Virus record (IMG/VR): IMGVR_UViG_3300022857_000007
Span: 1-52,282 of that record
Source of the DNA: a virus
Lineage: Duplodnaviria; Caudoviricetes
Length of the DNA stretch: 52,282 nt
Direction: 5' to 3' (one strand)
This document shows, piece after piece, positions 10,299 through 21,038 of this stretch (within the stretch, counting starts at the first letter, position 1; the number at the start of each line of letters is the position of its first letter). The notes beneath the pieces were generated by a model. The model saw only the letters and a program-made list of their open reading frames with translations, ran no database searches and had not been told where the DNA came from. The translations under genes and the position numbers were made by a program.

Positions 10299-13200
10299 TT
10301 AATTACCAGTCATCTGCCTTGTGTCTTTAAGAATTTTACTCTGAAGCACTTTTCCATCCATCTGTATTTCAACAACAATTTTCCTTTCTGAATTACGATT
10401 GGAAGATCCGCTACTTCCACCCCCAACAAGTCCTTGAATAGTAGCGGCAACTCTATCAAGTGAACTTGACCTTGATGCAGATGCTAATTGAGAAGCAGTC
10501 TCTTGTATTTCTTCTAATTTAGATACGTTAATGTCAGCAACAGCAGATTTAAGCTTACCTATGGCACTTGCAAACCTTTCCATACCGTCAGCTCCAATTG
10601 CAAGAGAACTAGCAAGAGGAGACATTACAGCAGCTAAAACAGCTAAACTACCAGACATAACAAATAGACCACCCATACTCATAGGGTTAGCAAAAGCCAT
10701 AGTAGCTAAAGCCATACTCCCCATAGCTCCAGCCATCATATACATTGCAGCTGCATTTCCAAGAGTCATAACACTAAATACTTTTACAAAACCATCTGCC
10801 AAAGCTCCAATAATAGGAGGTATACCAGACATAACAGTCCCTATAGCACCCACAAGATCACCTACATAACTTAAAGCTATACCAAAAGGAATCATGGCTA
10901 ACCCCAAAGCTCCAATTAAAGCAATTCCTGTTAAAACAAAACCAGCTGTTGCTGGGTTTCCAAACGCTGATAAACCTCCAGCTAAAGCCGTAAGCCCAAC
11001 AGCTGCAAAACCGCCTAACAATCCTACTCCAAGTAAAAACGGCAAAGAAAGCGTAGCAAGAGCGCCTGCAAGACCAAAGAGGGCGAGATTTGCAATTCCA
11101 GACTTTATTCTTTTGCCATTAAATGCACCTAAACCTATAGCTAAACCAGCAAGACCTTGACCTCCAGCCCAACCCAACGCACCCACTCCAATTAAAAAAG
11201 GCAAACCAAATCCACCCGCCAAAGCTGCTGGACCAAAAAGAGCAACATTTGTTATTCCAGATTTTATTCTTTTGCCATTAAATGCACCTAAACCTATAGC
11301 TAAACCAGCAAGACCTTGACCTCCAATCCACCCAAGCGCACCCACTCCAAGTAAAAAAGGAACTCCAAGCAATCCCAACAAACCTGCTGGACCATAAAAA
11401 GCAACGTTTGCAATACCAGACCTCACCTTCTTTCCAGACATAGACTTCAAACCTTCACTTAAAGATTTCATTCCTCCCCCAGAACCTGCTTTGCTTGAAA
11501 TCCCTCCAGAGCTATCTTCTTCACCTCTCTTTCTAGTGAAACCAGACTTAAGCTTTTCTCCTATAGAGTTTTTAAGATTTTTTAATTGTGGCATTTTTCT
11601 TATAGCATAAGCAAGAAACAACATGGCAGAAACCCCTTTTTTCGTATTCTCAGACAATTGCGACATAAAATCACCCACAAAATTAAACACATCTGACAAA
11701 GCAATTAACACTGGCTCAAGAAACCCAAACATAGATTGAATAGAGCCTATAAAGCTTGAGAAAGCTTCTGTTAAACTCTTGTTTGACTCTGCCCTTTTTT
11801 CTACTGATTCCTGTTCCGCTTTAGAAGCTTTTAAAATTTCCTCTATTTTATCTTTATCCATCTTAGCAAGATTCTCATTTGAAACACCATGTGCTGCAAA
11901 TATTTTCTCGAAATCTTTGCTAACTGTAATCGTACCGTCTGCTGCTAAGTCCAACATTTTAGCAAGAGAACCTTTAGCTAACTCTTTCTCCATCTTATCT
12001 GCGCCAGAAAACATATTGCCAAAAACATCTGTCTTCGCAGCAATTGTAGCTGTTTTTGCAATACTCTTTTGAATATCATCTAAACTCAAATCAGTAGCAT
12101 TTGCTACAATCTTTAATCTATCAATATCAACAGCATTAAATTCATACTTTCCTGTCTCTTTATTAAAATCACCAACATCAGAACCCATTTTAGTAAGTAT
12201 ATCACCAAGTTCTTTCGGGCCTTTTCTTGCTGCTGCAAGTAAATCCATTGGATTTATTTGAGAAAAAGAACCACCAGCCAATTGAAGTTCAGCAGCCATA
12301 CCTAAAGCTCCTTCTAAAGTTCTTGCTTTTTCAGCTACATCAAAAATGCCTGATAAATTAATACCTAACATTTCAGCTTTAGCAGCCATTCTCTCTAAAG
12401 ATTTTTCTCCTTCAGAAAAACCAAACTGACGCATCTTTCCAATATTCTGAGTAATCTGCCTAACAACATTTCTAGTATTTATCCCAAGACTCTGAGACGT
12501 GCTATTAATAGACTCAAAATACTCTTTTACATCTTTAGAAGAACTTCCGAAAAACATCATTTCATTCGATATACCTCCCAACTCTTCAGCAGAAATTCCT
12601 ATACCTTTTTGAATAGCTGCGAAATCTTCAGTAGCAGATTTTAAAAATTCAAAATTTGTTGACTTTAAACCATCTCCTAAAACACCCATTAATTCTGTAG
12701 TCTGTTCGATAGACATTCCAAAATGACGAGTTCTAGAGGTGAGGTCAGCCATTCCTTGGGTATTCTGTTTAAAGAATATCCCAGTGTCTTTTTGAGCGTT
12801 AGAAATTGCTTGATCAAAATCAAAAACAAACTCTACAACTCCTTTTGAGAAAACTTTTGAATATTGATTAATGCCTTTCATAACATCAAGCGAATCTCTT
12901 AATGGTTCAGCAAAACCTACCTCAGTTTCAGCCAATAAAGCAACTCCTTCAGAAAGTTCATTGTTAATATTGTTTATACCCTCAGCTTCTTCTGTATGAC
13001 CAGCTATTGAAACTGCTAACTCTCTATTTACATCTTGTGTTAAATCTAACTTCCCTTTAAGAAGTTTGTTAATCATTTTATGCTTTTCAACCATAGACCC
13101 TGAAGATGCTAGAATTGATTTCTCAATGTCGCTTAAACCACTTGCTCTAGATAAATGGGAAGAAAAAGATTCTAAAGACATTTTTTTTAGATGTCCAAGC

Positions 13201-13493
13201 TTGTCCTCTATACCTACTCTAGCATCTTCAGTGGTTAATGATTCTTTAAGCTTTTCATTTAACTGCCCTTGACTTAACGAGATATCATCAGTTAGTTTTT
13301 TAATTCGCAACTGCTCTTGAGCTAACTGTTCAGCAGACTTTACTCCCTGACTAAACCAAGCATCTGTACCCATACCAAGAATCTTCTGAGAAATAGAATC
13401 CATAACAACATCTACCTCTTTAAGTCCTTTTGCACTTTTTAAAGACGCTTGGTACATTTTAAGTAATTTCTCTTCCTCTTTAGAGCTTGCCAT
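10299..13493 (-). CDS. Tail tape measure protein
   Basis: 1064 aa, helical Ala/Leu/Gly-rich, hydrophobic C-terminal repeats, ends with IVVEIQMDGKVL; followed by baseplate genes. Confidence 0.85.
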   Translation of the reverse strand: MASSKEEEKLLKMYQASLKSAKGLKEVDVVMDSISQKILGMGTDAWFSQGVKSAEQLAQEQLRIKKLTDDISLSQGQLNEKLKESLTTEDARVGIEDKLGHLKKMSLESFSSHLSRASGLSDIEKSILASSGSMVEKHKMINKLLKGKLDLTQDVNRELAVSIAGHTEEAEGINNINNELSEGVALLAETEVGFAEPLRDSLDVMKGINQYSKVFSKGVVEFVFDFDQAISNAQKDTGIFFKQNTQGMADLTSRTRHFGMSIEQTTELMGVLGDGLKSTNFEFLKSATEDFAAIQKGIGISAEELGGISNEMMFFGSSSKDVKEYFESINSTSQSLGINTRNVVRQITQNIGKMRQFGFSEGEKSLERMAAKAEMLGINLSGIFDVAEKARTLEGALGMAAELQLAGGSFSQINPMDLLAAARKGPKELGDILTKMGSDVGDFNKETGKYEFNAVDIDRLKIVANATDLSLDDIQKSIAKTATIAAKTDVFGNMFSGADKMEKELAKGSLAKMLDLAADGTITVSKDFEKIFAAHGVSNENLAKMDKDKIEEILKASKAEQESVEKRAESNKSLTEAFSSFIGSIQSMFGFLEPVLIALSDVFNFVGDFMSQLSENTKKGVSAMLFLAYAIRKMPQLKNLKNSIGEKLKSGFTRKRGEEDSSGGISSKAGSGGGMKSLSEGLKSMSGKKVRSGIANVAFYGPAGLLGLLGVPFLLGVGALGWIGGQGLAGLAIGLGAFNGKRIKSGITNVALFGPAALAGGFGLPFLIGVGALGWAGGQGLAGLAIGLGAFNGKRIKSGIANLALFGLAGALATLSLPFLLGVGLLGGFAAVGLTALAGGLSAFGNPATAGFVLTGIALIGALGLAMIPFGIALSYVGDLVGAIGTVMSGIPPIIGALADGFVKVFSVMTLGNAAAMYMMAGAMGSMALATMAFANPMSMGGLFVMSGSLAVLAAVMSPLASSLAIGADGMERFASAIGKLKSAVADINVSKLEEIQETASQLASASRSSSLDRVAATIQGLVGGGSSGSSNRNSERKIVVEIQMDGKVLQSKILKDTRQMTGN
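10960..11440 (-). repeat. About 3 x 159 bp (53 aa) hydrophobic repeat in tape measure
   Basis: GLAGLAIGLGAFNGKRIKSGI occurs twice; identical DNA TTTGCCATTAAATGCACCTAAACC at 11112 and 11271 (159-bp offset); boundaries approximate. Confidence 0.85.
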
Positions 13494-13531
13494 TTGAAAT
13501 TGTTTTTATATAAATAAAGTATGAAAAAAAA

Positions 13532-15589
13532 TTAGAAATCAAATTCAAGCTGAAAAACAATAAATCTTAAATCAGTTTTTCTAACTGGGTGTGTTGTTTT
13601 GCCTACAGCAACTAATTCTCCATTGGTGTTTAAAATACCAACTTCTGTAATATAAGCTCTATCTTGGGTGAAATCAAATGTTGGATTTGCTGAAGTATTT
13701 AGATATTGATTGCTAATACTTAAAGTTAAAGTGGTTTTGTGTATTTTTTCAACAGTTCCTACTTGTACATTTCCATATAAAAAAGTTTCATCACCAGCGG
13801 TCAAAAATTCTTGACCAGCTGTAAAAAAGTCTCCCATCTCATAAGCAACTCCAGCATCATAGTCTTCTTGAGAAATAATAAACTTATGAGCTTGTAAATA
13901 AGTCGGATCAATACTATCTGTTGAAGTAAAGCCTTCATAAGCTCCGTCTCCAACACTAGAACCTTCAGCACCGCCTAGACGAACCCAGTTCTCTGTATCG
14001 ATTGAGTTTAGGTCTGTGAAATCTGCTGTTCTCATTTTATGAGCAATTAACTTGACTCTATTTGCTGACCAACCACTTCCTGAGTGAGACACAAAACCAG
14101 CCTCGCTTCTCATATAAGGAAACCCTCCGTCAGGAAAAGTGACATTTACATACTTAGAACTACCTTGACAATCTATTCTCTGTATATATTCACAATGCAT
14201 AGAAGATCGGAATCCTAATGATTGAAATTGGTTTACATAAACAGTATCAGCCTCGGTAACATAAGAAACCAAGAGAGTATCCCCGTCATTCAGTAGCGGG
14301 GTAGTGTTTTCTAAATTTAGAGGAGGTTTTGGGTTATCAACTAAAGTAACATGAGGTTTTGGTAAAGTCCAACTCCTATTAGACTTATAGCTTAACACTG
14401 TAACCAACTCAGGATCTGTTATCACAAACACCTTCAAACTCATATAAGCCCTTCCTACAACATTTCCTCTTTTGTCTGCTAAATTCCTAAAACTTGTTTT
14501 GGCGATATTATCATACTGATTTTCCTGTCCTATATCAGTGATTCTTAAACCTCCATAAACAGCCCTTCCCGGCATGCTGTCGTAATGATGCCACAAAACA
14601 GTAGGTAAGTCGATTTGAATGGTTTCCGCCAAAAGAGCGTCACCATAAACAGAACCTTTGTATGAATTGGTATAATGTACAATTGCAATCGACCTTAGGT
14701 TTTTCTCAAATCCTAAGTATTTCTTTGTGCCGTTAAATTCTAAAGAACCATACGTTTGGTAATTATCAGAAACCATATCTCCTACTATATTTTTTGTTCT
14801 AACAATATTTAGATTCCAAACATCAGGAGCATAAGTAACTCCAGATCCATAATAAGCTTCCGCACTTAAACTAGGATAAGTATACCAAGGAATATCTATG
14901 TTATTACTCCCAGTTATATAACTAGCAAAAGTTCTATCAAAATATATTTGATTTTCAGATTTAAATCTTATTTTGTAAGTCAAACTTACAAAAGGATGCT
15001 TCTTTTTTTCTCTAATTGCGTCATAACCCTCAGTAACTCCGTCATACCATTTTTGAAATGTTAAATTTATAAAATCTCCTACTTGAACAATGGTTGGTGG
15101 GTTATCATCGTAACCCAAATTAGAGTAGGAACTAGAAGTGTTAACTAGCCCAGAACTTATATACAATTGGTCATTTACTACATAATCACTTTCTTCTATC
15201 GAGCTAGTTGTGCCTGTATTTAAAGCTTTAAACATACCAATGTTTTCTGTCATAGCAGTTTGAGTGGTAGTAAAGCTTTTTATATCAGGAAAAGTCAACA
15301 GATAAGGGCTTGTTAGGTCAAAATTACTTGTTGGAACAGGTGGATGTTCAGACGCAGGTGATAAGACTCTGTTATTGGACAAATCCCCTATAGAGCTTTC
15401 TTCCCTTTCTCCTATAGTTAAATTTATTTCTTCCGAAGTTCCAGCGTTTCTTTTAAAGGAGTAATTTACCTCTCTATCTGAAAAAACAGCTTCATGAAAA
15501 TTTAACTTACCCTGTGTGGCTTGTCGCCTTCCTAAGTCAGTTAATTTTAAATTTACATAGTTACCAGACCTCTTGGGATTATAACTCAT
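13532..15589 (-). CDS. Virion structural protein, tail-collar/baseplate-like
   Basis: N-terminal LKLTDLGRRQ and C-terminal YITEVGILNTNGELVAVGK resemble the split tail-collar fibre domain. Confidence 0.55.
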   Translation of the reverse strand: MSYNPKRSGNYVNLKLTDLGRRQATQGKLNFHEAVFSDREVNYSFKRNAGTSEEINLTIGEREESSIGDLSNNRVLSPASEHPPVPTSNFDLTSPYLLTFPDIKSFTTTQTAMTENIGMFKALNTGTTSSIEESDYVVNDQLYISSGLVNTSSSYSNLGYDDNPPTIVQVGDFINLTFQKWYDGVTEGYDAIREKKKHPFVSLTYKIRFKSENQIYFDRTFASYITGSNNIDIPWYTYPSLSAEAYYGSGVTYAPDVWNLNIVRTKNIVGDMVSDNYQTYGSLEFNGTKKYLGFEKNLRSIAIVHYTNSYKGSVYGDALLAETIQIDLPTVLWHHYDSMPGRAVYGGLRITDIGQENQYDNIAKTSFRNLADKRGNVVGRAYMSLKVFVITDPELVTVLSYKSNRSWTLPKPHVTLVDNPKPPLNLENTTPLLNDGDTLLVSYVTEADTVYVNQFQSLGFRSSMHCEYIQRIDCQGSSKYVNVTFPDGGFPYMRSEAGFVSHSGSGWSANRVKLIAHKMRTADFTDLNSIDTENWVRLGGAEGSSVGDGAYEGFTSTDSIDPTYLQAHKFIISQEDYDAGVAYEMGDFFTAGQEFLTAGDETFLYGNVQVGTVEKIHKTTLTLSISNQYLNTSANPTFDFTQDRAYITEVGILNTNGELVAVGKTTHPVRKTDLRFIVFQLEFDF

Positions 15590-15667
15590 TTATATTGTTT
15601 TTTCTTCTCTTAACGTAAATAGTTGAATATATTTTATCACACCTATTTAGATAAAAGGTATGCTAAC

Positions 15668-16921
15668 ATGTCACTAGAAATTTCAAAAAAAAAGTATTAT
15701 AAAACGTCTGGGAATGAGAGTTCAAATGGAATGGGTCTCTTCAACAACGAGTGGGTATTCAACAGGGAGAGTTCAGTCTCAGCTAATGAGTTTTACCTTC
15801 CTATGTTTTGCGGCTCAACTGGAACATATGAGTATTATGAACAAGACTCAAATTCTACATATAATCTCTTCGGAAGAGTTTCTTTAGATTTCTACGCAAC
15901 AGGAACTACTGCCTCAACTCCAACTCAAGGCTATGTCCAAAATGCTTGGCTAGATGACAGGCTTATGTACACAAGGTTTGATATTTACAAAATTCCTTTT
16001 GAAGATAGTTTAGATTATGATAAAGTTCTAGAACATATATCAACGCCATACACCCAATACACAGCAACAACAGCAACAACTAGAGGTCACGCTTTAAGTG
16101 GAGAAGTTATAGGTGACTCTTTTAGATATAATTTTAAATTCTCTCCAGCACAATCCGATAAGCCAAACAAAGGCTATACAGAGGTTCTTTTTGAAGATAG
16201 GTCGCAATATCTATTTAATCCAGTATACTCCTTATACAACGACACAAACGAGTATAGTGCGTCTTTTCAAGTGGATGACAATGGATTTTTCTCAAACTAC
16301 AACCATACAGGAAGAACTAGTTTTATAACAAAAGGTAAAACACATAAAATTCAAAAAGGGACTTGGAGCGGGAACGTAATTCAAGGTTTGTTTTTTGTTA
16401 CAATACAACCCCCAAACAAACCAAACATAGAAACCCCTTTACCAATAGGAAATACTTTTACGCCTGCATTCTTTTTCTCTAATGTTGAGGATGGAGATGA
16501 ATATGTTTTAGAAGTAGAATACGGAGACTTAGGTGAGTTCGATAATAGCGACACGATAGAACAGTATTTTAGAAAAAAAACTGACGATTCTCTTGAACAA
16601 GTTGTTTCTCATAATGGGACAGAACTAGATAACTCTATCGTTGCAACAACAACTACTATTAGAACTAGAAGAATTGAAGCAGCCTTAATTCCTAATCGAA
16701 ACTATTGCTGGAGAATTGGGAATATTAAATTTGTTATTGATTTATTTGGAATAAAAAGATCAGTGATAACTTACTCTGATGTAAACTGCTCTCTCACAGA
16801 AGAAAATGCAAACATTATTAGTTCTATTGACAACAATGTAAGAAATGACACAAGGCAATCTACATCAGTAGGAAACAGTGATTCTAGTGGAGGTGGCGAA
16901 GACGAAACTGAAACTGCATAA
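15668..16921 (+). CDS. Putative virion structural protein, beta-rich with FN3-like C-terminal part
   Basis: ATG at 15668 preferred to TTG 15623 because it follows a TATTTA motif; PPNKP...YVLEV...YCWRIG pattern. Confidence 0.45.
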   Translation: MSLEISKKKYYKTSGNESSNGMGLFNNEWVFNRESSVSANEFYLPMFCGSTGTYEYYEQDSNSTYNLFGRVSLDFYATGTTASTPTQGYVQNAWLDDRLMYTRFDIYKIPFEDSLDYDKVLEHISTPYTQYTATTATTRGHALSGEVIGDSFRYNFKFSPAQSDKPNKGYTEVLFEDRSQYLFNPVYSLYNDTNEYSASFQVDDNGFFSNYNHTGRTSFITKGKTHKIQKGTWSGNVIQGLFFVTIQPPNKPNIETPLPIGNTFTPAFFFSNVEDGDEYVLEVEYGDLGEFDNSDTIEQYFRKKTDDSLEQVVSHNGTELDNSIVATTTTIRTRRIEAALIPNRNYCWRIGNIKFVIDLFGIKRSVITYSDVNCSLTEENANIISSIDNNVRNDTRQSTSVGNSDSSGGGEDETETA

Positions 16922-16923
16922 CA

Positions 16924-17403
16924 CTACCCTTTTCCTTTCAAGAAGTTAATTTGATTTTCTGGAGATATGCCTCCTAACATTCCATTTATATAATTAGCAG
17001 TATCTCTTGTGTTAGCGCCAGAATAAGACCCGTTAGATATAGCGTCAGCAACAGCGGTGTCCATCATTAACTTAGCACTACTCTCTGGAGTCATTCCTCC
17101 CATTAAACCATTTCTATATTTAATAAAGTCTTGAATATTTCCAAAATCTCCTGAACCTCCAGATTTAGCTCTAGCTCTAGTTTCAGCATCTGATTCAAAG
17201 AAAACATCAGTAAAAGGCAACCCACAAGACATAAAGTAAAGCCCTATCGATATAATAAAAGAAAAAGAATAGAAAAGATTCACCCAAACGCTAAGGCTTC
17301 CAAATAATTTATCAGACCAAGGCTTAAAGTCTGGACTGAAACAATAAGTGAAAAACAAAACCATGCAAGTCACTGAAAGCAATAAATAAATTAATCTTCT
17401 CAT
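16924..17403 (-). CDS. Small membrane protein
   Basis: Two N-terminal hydrophobic segments then a soluble domain with an internal duplication (NGLMGGMTPE/NGMLGGISPE). Confidence 0.55.
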   Translation of the reverse strand: MRRLIYLLLSVTCMVLFFTYCFSPDFKPWSDKLFGSLSVWVNLFYSFSFIISIGLYFMSCGLPFTDVFFESDAETRARAKSGGSGDFGNIQDFIKYRNGLMGGMTPESSAKLMMDTAVADAISNGSYSGANTRDTANYINGMLGGISPENQINFLKGKG

Positions 17404-17433
17404 ATGTATTAAACGTAAAAAATATAATAAATG

Positions 17434-18819
17434 TTACAATTTATTGAATATTTTATTAAAAATTCTGGATGATACTGCTTCTTTTAAAAATTTAGTCTTA
17501 CCATTTTTTTGAGTAAGGTTAGCCTGCGCTTTTTTAACTGTAGGTTTTTTGGAAGCCTGTTGTGTTGGGTTTTGTTTAGGCAGATAATAAATAAGAGCCA
17601 ATGCTATTTGCTTCATAACCTTTGCTTGAAGAGCAGGAGAGTCTCTATACTGACCTTGAACTTTTTTAGAAGAGACAATGTTTATAATAAACAAAGTCAT
17701 AAACTTCTCTAACCAATCTAAGGACTGCTGAACATCTGCTGGAGCTTTCTTAACTCCTTTTACTCCTCCAAACATATCTTGAAGATAAACATTTTTACCG
17801 TACCCATCTACTACGTCAAATTGGAGAGCATTTATAATTCTTTTCAAATGATACTTAAAATAACCAGCTTTAATTTCAGAATTCATATTCCCAAACTCAG
17901 TCACCTCTTTTTCTGTGTCAAACTTCAATGTAATCAATGGCTTCCTAGAACCAGTGTTAAACTGCAAAGGAGATAAGCCTTCTAAATTGAATTTATAAAC
18001 ATTATTTTGAGGGTTACTTGTATTCACTGCCGCAACTGTTGCTTTAGGGGATACCTCAATATAAGTAATCACTCCAATAGGATCTCCTTCAAAAACTCTT
18101 GGAATATTAATTTTCTGACCTGCTGTAATTGTTGTGTTTTTTGTAAACTCTCCTTTACTTCCCCCTCTAAGCTCTGACCACGAAATCACAGCTTTATTTT
18201 TCGACCCAGTTGTAGATTGTAAAATAAAATTAGAATCGTTAGAATCTAGTGTCTTTACCATAGTAAAAGAATGAATCATCCCGTTAATGTCAGAAATATT
18301 TACATGATACCCTATAGGTATAGCCAATAAAGAAACTCCTTTATTTGATGAGTTTGCATCAAAAACTGAAGGATTTATTTTTCCAACCCCTAAAAGACCG
18401 TCTTCTGAATCAGAAACTGTCCCGTCTATGAAATTATATGGAGAGGGCTTCCACTGTTTATAAGAAGACTCGAAATAGCCTTTAAAAGTTCCTTTTATAA
18501 AAGTTCCTACAAATTTATTCCCCACAAAATCCCCGCCATCCCATTCTCCCTGAAAACGTGTTACAACCTCTCTAGGTCTATTAATAAAAAGAGTTATTGC
18601 TTTAAAATAAGAATTTAATAACCAAGAAAGCTTTCCTGAAGTCCAATCAATCTCGTTTAATTGTTCAAGAGTTAAATCAAGCTTAGTGGCTACAGATCCA
18701 TTTGGAAACACAAAATGAGTGCCATTATGCTTTACAACGCCTTGGCTAGCTTGTTGCTGCTGTTGCTGCTGCTGCTGTCTTTGTTGTTTTTTTTTGCCGA
18801 AATTGAAAAGTTCATTCAT
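17434..18819 (-). CDS. Hypothetical protein with poly-Gln tract
   Basis: Long ORF; likely start MNELFNFG at 18819; QQRQQQQQQQQQ and GxF/W repeats (FQGEWDGGDFVGNKFVGTFIKGTFKG). Confidence 0.55.
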   Translation of the reverse strand: MNELFNFGKKKQQRQQQQQQQQQASQGVVKHNGTHFVFPNGSVATKLDLTLEQLNEIDWTSGKLSWLLNSYFKAITLFINRPREVVTRFQGEWDGGDFVGNKFVGTFIKGTFKGYFESSYKQWKPSPYNFIDGTVSDSEDGLLGVGKINPSVFDANSSNKGVSLLAIPIGYHVNISDINGMIHSFTMVKTLDSNDSNFILQSTTGSKNKAVISWSELRGGSKGEFTKNTTITAGQKINIPRVFEGDPIGVITYIEVSPKATVAAVNTSNPQNNVYKFNLEGLSPLQFNTGSRKPLITLKFDTEKEVTEFGNMNSEIKAGYFKYHLKRIINALQFDVVDGYGKNVYLQDMFGGVKGVKKAPADVQQSLDWLEKFMTLFIINIVSSKKVQGQYRDSPALQAKVMKQIALALIYYLPKQNPTQQASKKPTVKKAQANLTQKNGKTKFLKEAVSSRIFNKIFNKL

Positions 18820-18838
18820 AGTAGTAAATATATAAAAA

Positions 18839-19834
18839 TTATCTATTAGACTTGCCTCGCCTTGAACTAGCACTGCTTGATGAACTTTTTTGAGCTTTTG
18901 ATTCTGCTTTTTGTTTTTTATCTAACTCTTCTTGTATTCTCTTTATTGTCCAAGACCTATGAAAAGCAGGCATTTTCTCAGCATTTTCCTTAGTTATTCC
19001 TTTACCATAATAGTGGCACAGAAATACTTCGTTCATTACTACCTCTTGATAATCATAAGGAAGTTTAAGAAACCCATCACCTATATTGAAAGAAGATTTA
19101 AAACTCTTATCACAATTAGTGCAGGTATGATGAAAAGAAGTGTCTACGCCCGGAGTGCTATCCTCTAAAAAATTCTTTAAATACCTAACATCTCGAATAG
19201 GTAAATTTGGAAATGTCTCTCTTATATAATTTTTATCTGTCTCCCCTCCTAGCGAATTTATTAAAATATACAACTTCTCTGAACTCTTCCCATCCTCAAG
19301 TTTATTAAAAATTAACTCATCCTTAAAGGTAGGAATTCTAATAGAAACAGATTGCTTTGAATAAGGAAGCATACATACAACTCTATTATTTTCGTCTGGT
19401 AGCTGCTTTATTTCTTTCATTTGAAAACTGTCAAGCATTATTTTAACATTGTTCTCATGATTACAATGAGAACAAGAAGCATTTATCTCTACTTTATTCC
19501 CATAAGCATTCGATCTTAAAAACATGGATATGGCATGAAAGTCACCAGCTAAAAGTTGGTCAACATCAAAGTCGCTAACAATAAGGTTTTGTAAAACCAA
19601 ATTCAACGCATGCCCAGAGTCCATCAAAAGTGCGTCTGAAAGTATTATTTCTTCTTTAGCAGATAAATACCTAATCAACAAAGACTTTGTTTTGTCTGAA
19701 TAATAATGCCCTTGAGAAGGAAGATTAAGTATACTAAACTGCCTATCTAAAATATTTACATCTATATTGTTTTGCTGATTCTCTGATACTTTAGAAAGTA
19801 ATTTGTCAATCTGATTTTTATCAGATAATTCCAT
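18839..19834 (-). CDS. T4 gp26-like baseplate hub assembly protein with gp51-like C-terminal extension
   Basis: LPSQGHYY, IRYLSAKEE.IL, LLAGD, LR..AYG, CSHC and CTNC; extra EVFLCHYYG...MPAFHR.W.I tail. Confidence 0.7.
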   Translation of the reverse strand: MELSDKNQIDKLLSKVSENQQNNIDVNILDRQFSILNLPSQGHYYSDKTKSLLIRYLSAKEEIILSDALLMDSGHALNLVLQNLIVSDFDVDQLLAGDFHAISMFLRSNAYGNKVEINASCSHCNHENNVKIMLDSFQMKEIKQLPDENNRVVCMLPYSKQSVSIRIPTFKDELIFNKLEDGKSSEKLYILINSLGGETDKNYIRETFPNLPIRDVRYLKNFLEDSTPGVDTSFHHTCTNCDKSFKSSFNIGDGFLKLPYDYQEVVMNEVFLCHYYGKGITKENAEKMPAFHRSWTIKRIQEELDKKQKAESKAQKSSSSSASSRRGKSNR

Positions 19835-20961
19835 TATATATCAGAATTGGGATAAAATAATTTAGGACCGATTGGAATGTCCTTCTCTTCCTCATCTCCA
19901 CAAGAAGGGCATACGAAGCAGTAATTAAGGTCTATCCCCGGCTCTATCCCTGAAACATACTCACGAAGGAAGTTTGAATCCAACATAGGCATCGCATCAA
20001 TAAAACTTTTGATATAAATCTTATCTTTCTGACCATCTACTTCCATTATTTGAAGAAGATACTTTTCAGTCAATGTAGCAGGAACTCTAAAGTTACCTAC
20101 TTTCTTTCCCGATGATTTGGTTTTCTTCTGAAGGTAATCCTCATCCTCTCCTGTTAAAAGTCTAAATCTAATGTTTATTTTACTCGTTGGCATCAAAACC
20201 CCATACCACCCGTCACCGTCTGGAGTGATTTCTAAAGGCTTCATTTTAAGTTCTGACAAATCAACAATAGGAGAATGAACATGCCCACAACTTCCGCACA
20301 TCATTGAGCCTGTGTCATAATCGTCACCAAACCCTGTTCTTCTTACAAACATGATTAAGAAGTTTCTATCTCCTGTTAGCATTTGTGATGGTCTCAAATC
20401 TCTACCTTGAACCACAGCCTCTAAAAGAGCGTCTATTGCTTTGTTTTTTCTTATAAGTTCTGGAGAAAAAAGAATATCATCTTCAGATGCAGTTAAATAC
20501 TTAACCTCTACAGAAGATTTTCCATTATAAAAATGACCCCCTGATGGTAATTCAACAACTGCCGTAGGTACTTTAAATATCGACCCGACCTCACCTTCTT
20601 GTTTAACTTTATTTGCAGAAGGCAAAGGAGCTTGCTTTGGAGCTTCCTCTCTAACTTGAGAAGATGGCTCTGCTTCTTTAATATGGTGAGCTGGCGGATT
20701 TGACATTTGACTAGAAACTGAAGGAGCTGGAACTGGTGAGCTTTCTTCATTAAAATAACTAGAAATAGCCTCATCCGATATTCCCATCCCTGTTAATACT
20801 TTTGGAATATCAGCCTCAGGGATATTGTTATTTCTTAACCCTATAACAAACCCGTGAATCTCTTTATTTGATTTATCTCTATTTTGTATTTCAAGAAAAT
20901 CTTCTACTTTTTGATCTTCTTTTCTTCCTGCTCCCGCAGTGTTAACTAAATTACTATCCAT
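19834..20961 (-). CDS. T4 gp26-like baseplate hub assembly protein
   Basis: VELPSGGHFY, VKYLTASEDDIL, MLTGDRN, RRTGFG, CGSC and CPSC; paralogue of the adjacent gene. Confidence 0.75.
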   Translation of the reverse strand: MDSNLVNTAGAGRKEDQKVEDFLEIQNRDKSNKEIHGFVIGLRNNNIPEADIPKVLTGMGISDEAISSYFNEESSPVPAPSVSSQMSNPPAHHIKEAEPSSQVREEAPKQAPLPSANKVKQEGEVGSIFKVPTAVVELPSGGHFYNGKSSVEVKYLTASEDDILFSPELIRKNKAIDALLEAVVQGRDLRPSQMLTGDRNFLIMFVRRTGFGDDYDTGSMMCGSCGHVHSPIVDLSELKMKPLEITPDGDGWYGVLMPTSKINIRFRLLTGEDEDYLQKKTKSSGKKVGNFRVPATLTEKYLLQIMEVDGQKDKIYIKSFIDAMPMLDSNFLREYVSGIEPGIDLNYCFVCPSCGDEEEKDIPIGPKLFYPNSDI

Positions 20962-21038
20962 TTTTTATATATATATTTTAAGTATAAATACAAAAAACAA
21001 AAAAATCAAGTTTTTAAAGAATCATTCTGAAATAATTA

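Noticed and set aside
10531-13272. Short plus-strand ORFs inside the tape measure gene
   Set aside because: Antisense shadows of Ala/Gly-rich codons; the same applies to other short nested ORFs in the track
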